A stretch of DNA of 63,005 bases, the filler included, from Octopus bimaculoides (taxonomy: Eukaryota): NCBI RefSeq assembly GCF_001194135.2. It is 5 parts of 5 records of this genome, joined end to end, with 100 filler letters (N's around TTAATTAATTAA, not from the genome) between each part and the next. Parts side by side here need not be neighbours in the genome. Positions count along the whole stretch, not along the records: positions 51,846 to 60,794 come from NC_068986.1; positions 60,895 to 63,005 come from NW_026385783.1; 3 more parts are not named here. One strand, given 5' to 3'. The position numbers and the translations under genes are program-made. Below, in pieces: positions 54,417 to 63,005 of the stretch (position 1 is the first letter of the stretch; the number at the start of each line of letters is the position of its first letter). Under the pieces are notes generated by a model. That model saw only the letters and a program-made list of their open reading frames with translations. It did no database searches and was not told the origin of the DNA.

Positions 54417-54698
54417 AGGCGCAAGAGTGGCTGTGTGGTAGTAGCTTGCTTACCAACCACATGGTTCCGGGTTCAGTCCCACTGCATGGCACCTCGAGCA
54501 ATTGTCTTCTACTATAGCCTCGGGCCGACCAGTCTTGTGAGTGGATTTGGTAGACGGAAGCTGGAAGGTGCCCGTCGTATANNNNNNNNNNNNNNNNNNN
54601 NNNNNNNNNNNNNNNNNNNNNNNNNNNNNNNNNNNNNNNNNNNNNNNNNNNNNNNNNNNNNNNNNNNNNNNNNNNNNNNNNNNNNNNNNNNNNNNNNN

Positions 54699-54743
<45 letters not shown>

Positions 54744-54950
54744 TTGTCTGTGTCTGTGTGTCTGTGTTTGTCCCCCAACATCACTTGACAACCGATGTTG
54801 GTGTGTTTGCGTCCCCGTAAATTAGCGGTTCGGCAAAAGGGACCGATAGAATTAGTAGTAGGTTTACAAAGAATAAGTCCTGCGGTCGATTTGCTCCACC
54901 AAAGGTGGTGCTCCAGTATGACTGAACCAAGTAAAAGAGTAAAAGAGTAA
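54417..54950 (+). mobile_element. SINE family B, full-length, N gap in the microsatellite linker
   Basis: aggcgcaagagtggctgtgtggt (A box) ..gggttcagtcccactgc (B box) ..tail cttgacaaccgatgttggtgtgtttgcgtccccgtaaattagcggttcggcaaaag. Confidence 0.92.
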
Positions 54951-54954
54951 ACAG

Positions 54955-55135
54955 TTTGAAACTTCGTATACTAGTCTAATTTCTCACGGTTGACATGGTT
55001 TACATTTTGACAAAATTTCATATCTTAGAAGTTATTTCGTGTCAAAGTTGTCGTATTTGGGTAATTTTGACCAATCAGCAGCGTGTATTCAACTGAAGAA
55101 GGCTACTGCTGTAATCGGAGAGCAACAACTTCCTG
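54955..55135 (+). mobile_element. Truncated arm of the GG-terminated MITE family
   Basis: tttgaaacttcgtatactag..gaagttatttcgtgtcaaagttgtcgtatttgggtaattttgaccaatca matches 3533-3720 and 41935-42065. Confidence 0.75.
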
Positions 55136-55245
55136 GTCATCTCTACTAAATGTCACCACTCTGTTTTATTTTGTTTTTGTTTACTGCCTGTGTTGCATAT
55201 TACACACTTTGTTTTTGTTTTGTTTTTGCTTTAATGTGCGTATAT

Positions 55246-55730
55246 TTGCTTGATTCCAGACTGCAAAAATAGAATTTTCTCCAGGCAAACACCAAAGTTT
55301 CCGACATTGTCATTTGCAATTTTTCATCATATTACTTTCAGGAGGAAAACGTTTGTTTCTGCCACGATATCAGTGGCTTGATGGAAAGAATTGGCTTTCG
55401 CTATGATCCAAGAGAGTGGAGACTGTTCATTGACTCTAGTAAAGCTAGCCATGAAGTTGTTTCACTGCTCAACGTAATGGAAACCTTAATCTCTGCTCAC
55501 TAACTATTTAAGTATGCTTGGCATAAAACGTGGCACTGAAAGCTAGCTTAGACGGCTTTTGTAATAGAAGCGGGTAAGAAATAATGAAAAATGGGATTTT
55601 TGGTTATTCGAAATCTGGATAAGATGGAGAAATTTTGATATCGCATCTGAAATTAGCATTATAAATTTGAAAGGAATCAGTAGTCTACGTGTTTGTAACA
55701 AAAAAGAAAGTTAAAATTGTTTGCCTAGTG
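55246..55730 (+). mobile_element. Internally deleted DNA transposon with transposase remnant, Chapaev3-like (CMC)
   Basis: LLDSRLQK*NFLQANTKVS..YFQEENVCFCHDISGLMERIGFRYDPREWRLFIDSSKAS (55246-55485) matches the EWRLFIDSSK.SLKAVLLHNGN transposase family, which I recall as Chapaev3. The 3' end ..AAAATTGTTTGCCTAGTG is followed by TAA (CAC..GTG ends, TWA target). This frame is absent from the ORF track. Confidence 0.75.
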
Positions 55731-56064
55731 TAATCCACCAAAGTAGCTCTAATCTGAGGTTGGTAAAGTGTCAATGATTGTTGTGAGAATATCCTCTGGC
55801 TCTGAAAAGAATATCCAATGGTTAGGATAGGCTGGTAATTATTCTAAGAATGTGATTTCGCCAGGAGAAATTCTGCAATAAAGAACCCAACACACAGAGC
55901 AAATTGCGAGGTCTCTAGTTGCGAATTGCTCATAATAATGGTGGAATACGATAGTGTTTTCATCGTATGAGTATCGATTCTGTTTTCTTACTATTGAAAG
56001 AAACAAGATTAGCGTATCTTCCTTGGAGGCTGCTTTCAAGGTTCAGGTTTCTGTTTATGGATAT

Positions 56065-56102
56065 TTCGCTCGTCGTGACTAAAATAAGTCACGACGAGCG
56101 AA
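56065..56102. other. Perfect 16-bp inverted repeat (hairpin) with 6-nt loop
   Basis: TTCGCTCGTCGTGACT-AAAATA-AGTCACGACGAGCGAA. Confidence 0.95.
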
Positions 56103-57914
56103 CACACAGGGGTTTTAGGATTGACTCATGACTGATTGATTGAGCTCTGTTGGCGTGTTGACTGGATAATTTACTGATCAACTAGTCGGTTGGTTTTTTA
56201 ATTGGCTGATTGAGTGTTGAGTCATTTAATTTGCAATGTTTCCTCCATACTCAAAATTCTTAATATTAGTAAAGTTTTCAATCATTTCTGAAGTAGAATT
56301 GTCAGATCAAAACTGCTCAACTTTGGGGCCCAACGGTCTCTCGTCTCTTGTATCGATGGCTTTCTTTCAGATCACATTATCATGGCGTATCTTTAGCGAT
56401 TTTTATATTTTTCTCGGACACACACATTCTCTCACGGCTCTGGTTCGATACGCTATCTCTTCCTTTTATATTTTAACGATCTACATGCTTTTACCTCCAA
56501 CATCTCAAGTCTAATGCAGAGTATACTAATTGTTCAAGAACCATCCTCATCGAACGTCACCTCCATACAACCTAGGCTTCTAAGACCAAAATAACACATA
56601 TACAACCAACAGAAATTCCTAAAATATTCTCCATTAGGAGAAATCTAGTTCTTTTCAGATCCAGAAAATAATTTTAACCCTTATAAACCGATAATTTTGT
56701 ACAAAACTCACGTGAGAATAACAGTGTAGTACTGCTCACTCACCCGGAACAGTGTTGGTGCTACATTCACAGGCATCATTGACTATATCCAGAAAAACAC
56801 CAGTCAAATGACGTAGAGAGACTTGGAGAAAACCTGAAGAAAACATGGTGTTCAGAGGATAGAGATTGATGAGGTGGCGAATAACAATGACAAACCTAGG
56901 TGATTAATCAAATACCCGATTAGTTGATAAGGTAAAAAGTCTACCATTTGAAAAGGTAAAAATAACGAAGTGAAATAGAACCAATGCATGTGTTTATTAT
57001 TGCACAACGACCCTCAATTAATCTCTGATGCACCCTCGTCTCTCGTCTCGCCCTCTGTCATCGCCATTATTTCATCCAACATCCCAGACACGGTACAAAC
57101 CAATGATAATATTCTTTCCTTCACAGAATACTGGGTTACTAGAATTCTCTTTCTGTACATGTCTTCCTGGCAATCGCTAACAAGCATAGGTCTCATCTAT
57201 CTCAGAGGCCTTGCGATGGCTATCAACGGAGTTTCTTTCTACAACGAGCCTAATGTATATAACACACGCGCACAGACACATACGTGCATTCATATGGTTA
57301 TATATATATATATNNNNNNNNNNNNNNNNNNNNNNNNNNNNNNNNNNNNNNNNNNNNNNNNNNNNNNNNNNNNNNNNNNNNNNNNNNNNNNNNNNNNNNN
57401 NNNNNNNNNNNNNNNNNNNNNNNNNNNNNNNNNNNNNNNNNNNNNNNNNNNNNNNNNNNNNNNNNNNNNNNNNNNNNNNNNNNNNNNNNNNNNNNNNNNN
57501 NNNNNNNNNNNNNNNNNNNNNNNNNNNNNNNNNNNNNNNNNNNNNNNNNNNNNNNNNNNNNNNNNNNNNNNNNNNNNNNNNNNNNNNNNNNNNNNNNNNN
57601 NNNNNNNNNNNNNNNNNNNNNNNNNNNNNNNNNNNNNNNNNNNNNNNNNNNNNNNNNNNNNNNNNNNNNNNNNNNNNNNNNNNNNNNNNNNNNNNNNNNN
57701 NNNNNNNNNNNNNNNNNNNNNNNNNNNNNNNNNNNNNNNNNNNNNNNNNNNNNNNNNNNNNNNNNNNNNNNNNNNNNNNNNNNNNNNNNNNNNNNNNNAA
57801 AGGACACAGGTTTCGTGTGTCACATAGCTAGCGAGAGGCGATGGCTTCTTGGAGCTAATTCACGGCAGCTTTCGTCCTAATTTTGGGACTGCCATGTTGG
57901 CTTGGCGATAACTA

Positions 57915-57955
<41 letters not shown>

Positions 57956-58179
57956 GTGTGTATGTACGTGTGCACGCACAGGCATACTCAAACACAGTAT
58001 ATGTATATGTGCATGCATATATGTAAGTTTGTGTGAGCATGTATATAAGCATGTATGTATGCATGTATTCACATATACATATACATATAAACATATACAT
58101 TTCTGTGTTTGTGCGTGTGTTTCTTTGTATGCTTGCTTGCATACGTGCAATATAGCGTATACAAAACATGAATACATAC

Positions 58180-58221
<42 letters not shown>

Positions 58222-59559
58222 NNNNNNNNNNATGTGTGTGTGTGTGTATGTGTGTGTGTGTGTGTATGTATGTGTGTGTGTTATATATATTATGTATGTT
58301 TGCAAAGCAATACAAGTTAAGGGAAACGTCGAAATTTGTCGTATGTTTTTAGGAAGGCAACAACCAAGATTAGTTTGAATAAAGCCACCAAAAATATCTA
58401 CGGTTGATACTTTGAAAAGGCAAATAATATACCGAAGGACACAAAAATATAGAATTTCAAATAGCGAAATCTTGCATTTCTCGATACAATTGATACGAGA
58501 GCTGGTTTATACTGTTGCTGTTAGAATATAGATTATCTCTGTATTAAATATGAAATGATCTTATGAAACTAAATTGAAAACGAAACCTCAAGCGCTAAAG
58601 ATATGTCAGCGACTTATCAGCGAGGAAAATAGGATTAGCCGTTATCAAAACATCTTTGCGAGATATTGTCGGTTATATTTATTTTGTTGGTGCCAGTGAG
58701 TTTGGGAGAGCGTTAGTGTAAGTGTACATGTGTGTGTGTGCGTCTGTGTGTGTGTGCGTCTGTGTGTGTGTGTGAAGGGGGCCGTGTGCGTCGATGAATA
58801 TAATTGTGTGTATATGTATTTAAACACGCATATATGCACACACAGAGTTATATATATATATATATATNNNNNNNNNNNNNNNNNNNNNNNNNNNNNNNNN
58901 NNNNNNNNNNNNNNNNNNNNNNNNNNNNNNNNNNNNNNNNNNNNNNNNNNNNNNNNNNNNNNNNNNNNNNNNNNNNNNNNNNNNNNNNNNNNNNNNNNNN
59001 NNNNNNNNNNNNNNNNNNNNNNNNNNNNNNNNNNNNNNNNNNNNNNNNNNNNNNNNNNNNNNNNNNNNNNNNNNNNNNNNNNNNNNNNNNNNNNNNNNNN
59101 NNNNNNNNNNNNNNNNNNNNNNNNNNNNNNNNNNNNNNNNNNNNNNNNNNNNNNNNNNNNNNNNNNNNNNNNNNNNNNNNNNNNNNNNNNNNNNNNNNNN
59201 NNNNNNNNNNNNNNNNNNNNNNNNNNNNNNNNNNNNNNNNNNNNNNNNNNNNNNNNNNNNNNNNNNNNNNNNNNNNNNNNNNNNNNNNNNNNNNNNNNNN
59301 NNNNNNNNNNNNNNNNNNNNNNNNNNNNNNNNNNNNNNNNNNNNNNNNNNNNNNNNNNNNNNNNNNNNNNNNNNNNNNNNNNNNNNNNNNNNNNNNNNNN
59401 NNNNNNNNNNNNNNNNNNNNNNNNNNNNNNNNNNNNNNNNNNNNNNNNNNNNNNNNNNNNNNNNNNNNNNNNNNNNNNNNNNNNNNNNNNNNNNNNNNNN
59501 NNNNNNNNNNNNNNNNNNNNNNNNNNNNNNNNNNNNNNNNNNNNNNNNNNNNNNNNNNN

Positions 59560-59685
<126 letters not shown>

Positions 59686-59723
59686 AAGAGAGATCAATTT
59701 GTAAATGGATATATATATATATG

Positions 59724-59790
<67 letters not shown>

Positions 59791-59965
59791 GTAAGTATAT
59801 TTTGTGTACACATTTATATATGCATGTACATAGATATAGATATATATATAAATACATATACATGTGTGTATATATATATATATATGTGTGTGTATAAATA
59901 TATATACTAAAGCATACACTCAGACACACAAACACGTACGCAGAAACATACAAACACACACACAC

Positions 59966-60034
<69 letters not shown>

Positions 60035-60621
60035 GAGGGGCACGCACGCATATATGTAGAAAAAAGCCTGGAGAAATTGATAAACCATGTGTACATACAT
60101 TCTTGTATAATAGATAGATAGATAGATTGATAGATAGATTGATAGATAGATAGACAGACAGGCAGACAGGCAGACAGGCAGGCAGGTAGGCAGACAGACA
60201 GACAGACAGACAGACGGACGGACTGACGGACATACATCCTCACATAGACACACATATATACATATATATATATACTTACAAAGCCATACATACTTGCAAA
60301 GCCATACACACATACAACTACATATGCGCATGTGCGCTTGTGTGTAAATGTATGTGTTTATATAGATATACATTAATATACTTATGAATGAATAGGTGTA
60401 TGAATATATATATGTACGTATGTTTGTGCGTGTTTGTCTGTATGTATGTCTGTATGTATATATGTACGTAAATTTGTTCTATGTATATATTCGACAGAGA
60501 TGCCATATCTGATGTTATTTAGATTCTCTTCTAGCGTTGTTTATTTTTTGCTGAATTAATTTTTTTAATTTACTTTTAAAACATTGACTGAAGCCACAGG
60601 TACACACATGCGTATGTATAC

Positions 60622-60688
<67 letters not shown>

Positions 60689-60794
60689 TGTGTGTGTGTA
60701 TACATATATGTATGTATATATATATATAGGCATATCGTTGCTATTGTGCAAAAGTGTCGTAAATCCAAAATGTTGCTTTTTCAGAAAACGAAAA

Positions 60795-60894
60795 NNNNNN
60801 NNNNNNNNNNNNNNNNNNNNNNNNNNNNNNNNNNNNNNTTAATTAATTAANNNNNNNNNNNNNNNNNNNNNNNNNNNNNNNNNNNNNNNNNNNN
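60795..60894. other. Artificial scaffold spacer
   Basis: 44 N + TTAATTAATTAA (60839-60850) + 44 N. Confidence 0.97.
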
Positions 60895-62768
60895 AAGTCG
60901 ATGCCTTCGGATAGCGTCGTAGGACGCTGGACGGAGGGGCCGGTGAAGTTGCTGGGGGCTTGGTTTGGTCCAGACCTCCAGGTGGAGAAGAACTGGGCAG
61001 AGGTGTTGAGCAAGATAACCGGTATAGCCAAGAGTTGGTCTTGGCGAAGGCTGTTCTTGAAAGGGAGGGCGGAGGTAGCCAATGTGTTTATCGCATCGGT
61101 TATTACCTACCGCCTGACCGTCGTTCTTTGCCCTGATTCGTGGTTGACCAAGTTGGAAAGACAGCTCTTTTACTTTTTGTGGAGGGGCTCTAAGCTACTT
61201 GTGAGACGCTCTATCTGTTGCCAGAAACCGTTAAAGGGAGGTTTAGGGATGCCTTGGTTGATGATGCGCAGGCATGCGTTGAGGTTGAGGCATCTTTGGA
61301 TACTCCTGGATGGTGACCCGGTATGGTCTCCGTTGGCAAGACAAATGTTCCCCAACTTTGCCAGTATGCGTGCAAAGGAAGCTTGGTGCTTTCGTAGACC
61401 GAGGTTGAGCCTATGGTACACGGAGTGTCGTAAGGCTCTCCTGCTATTCCGACGCTCGGGCAACGCCGGCAGCGGGGGTTCTACAGCATTCTTTTATAGA
61501 GGGTTAGTAGAGGCAGAATGTGACGATGACCTGGGAACNNNNNNNNNNNNNNNNNNNNNNNNNNNNNNNNNNNNNNNNNNNNNNNNNNNNNNNNNNNNNN
61601 NNNNNNNNNNNNNNNNNNNNNNNNNNNNNNNNNNNNNNNNNNNNNNNNNNNNNNNNNNNNNNNNNNNNNNNNNNNNNNNNNNNNNNNNNNNNNNNNNNNN
61701 NNNNNNNNNNNNNNNNNNNNNNNNNNNNNNNNNNNNNNNNNNNNNNNNNNNNNNNNNNNNNNNNNNNNNNNNNNNNNNNNNNNNNNNNNNNNNNNNNNNN
61801 NNNNNNNNNNNNNNNNNNNNNNNNNNNNNNNNNNNNNNNNNNNNNNNNNNNNNNNNNNNNNNNNNNNNNNNNNNNNNNNNNNNNNNNNNNNNNNNNNNNN
61901 NNNNNNNNNNNNNNNNNNNNNNNNNNNNNNNNNNNNNNNNNNNNNNNNNNNNNNNNNNNNNNNNNNNNNNNNNNNNNNNNNNNNNNNNNNNNNNNNNNNN
62001 NNNNNNNNNNNNNNNNNNNNNNNNNNNNNNNNNNNNNNNNNNNNNNNNNNNNNNNNNNNNNNNNNNNNNNNNNNNNNNNNNNNNNNNNNNNNNNNNNNNN
62101 NNNNNNNNNNNNNNNNNNNNNNNNNNNNNNNNNNNNNNNNNNNNNNNNNNNNNNNNNNNNNNNNNNNNNNNNNNNNNNNNNNNNNNNNNNNNNNNNNNNN
62201 NNNNNNNNNNNNNNNNNNNNNNNNNNNNNNNNNNNNNNNNNNNNNNNNNNNNNNNNNNNNNNNNNNNNNNNNNNNNNNNNNNNNNNNNNNNNNNNNNNNN
62301 NNNNNNNNNNNNNNNNNNNNNNNNNNNNNNNNNNNNNNNNNNNNNNNNNNNNNNNNNNNNNNNNNNNNNNNNNNNNNNNNNNNNNNNNNNNNNNNNNNNN
62401 NNNNNNNNNNNNNNNNNNNNNNNNNNNGGAGAGAAAGTGTTTGTCGGAGAAAATGTTTCAATCAAGATGGAAATATGTCGCTCGAGAGTTGCGAGTGAAA
62501 GAGTCTAATTGAATACGCCATAGGTGTCTTCGAAAGTGTCAGTGGTGGGATGGGGCTCGTGGGGTCGGAGCATAACCCAGTCCCCCACTTCATCTGTCTA
62601 TATTGTTTTGTGTTGTTTATTGTAACATCCGATTTTCGATTTTATTATATATTTTTTAATCACCGAATTTTTAATTGTTTTATATTTTTTGTAACCCCAT
62701 ATGTTTTATCTGACCCCAATCAGATTGTTTGTCCCTTTCTTTGTTTGGCCCCTAGTAGGTAATAAAGA
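60895..62768 (+). mobile_element. Tx1/L1-clade LINE, 3' half of ORF2 plus 3' UTR (about 890 N inside)
   Basis: About 214 uninterrupted codons: GPVKLLGAWFGPDLQVEKNWAEVLSKI..SWSWRRLFLKGRAEVANVFIASVITYRL..FLWRG..KPLKGGLGMP (L1-type RT thumb, LSL.GR and GGLG.P motifs). After the gap ERKCLSEKMFQSRWKYVARELRVKESN*, then a T-rich UTR ending AATAAAGA at 62761-62768. Confidence 0.9.
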
Positions 62769-63005
62769 GATATAAATTTAATGTTGAAATATTCGCGGTG
62801 AATGAATTTTCAAACTTTGATCGGATTTAAAGGATTACCAACACGTACAACAGCAGGATGAGTTTTACCGAGGTATTGTATACATTTAGAAAAAAATATA
62901 CCAATTTTTATACAAAAAAGTGTTTAACACTTAAAATTTCAACAAATGAGGAAATGAATGAACTTTACATATTTCAGAAGGATTAATTTTACAATTTATA
63001 GGAAG

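Overview
AT-rich, microsatellite-saturated animal genomic DNA from a gappy draft assembly, with no recognisable host gene. The SINE families and repeat spectrum look like a coleoid cephalopod (Octopus-like); that is my inference and was not database-checked. Four artificial 100-bp spacers (44 N + TTAATTAATTAA + 44 N) split the window into five separately assembled pieces. Nearly all ORFs in the supplied track are translations of microsatellites or N runs. The identifiable content is mobile DNA: at least three tRNA-derived SINE families (about 15 copies), an RTE LINE fragment, four R4/Dong-like (RLE) LINE fragments, a well-preserved Tx1/L1-clade LINE 3' half, a mariner relic and a Chapaev3-like transposase relic. 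The clearest less-obvious result is a family of fold-back MITEs with GG(ATCT) termini and 8-bp target duplications (Merlin-like). Two copies are complete; one is nested in a SINE and carries (CCCTAA)n. More speculative signals are a non-repetitive island near 14.3-14.65 kb with a CTCF-like motif and splice/TATA signals, two minus-strand candidate exons that join in frame, and a perfect 16-bp CpG-rich hairpin. I found no evidence for a novel multi-gene system.
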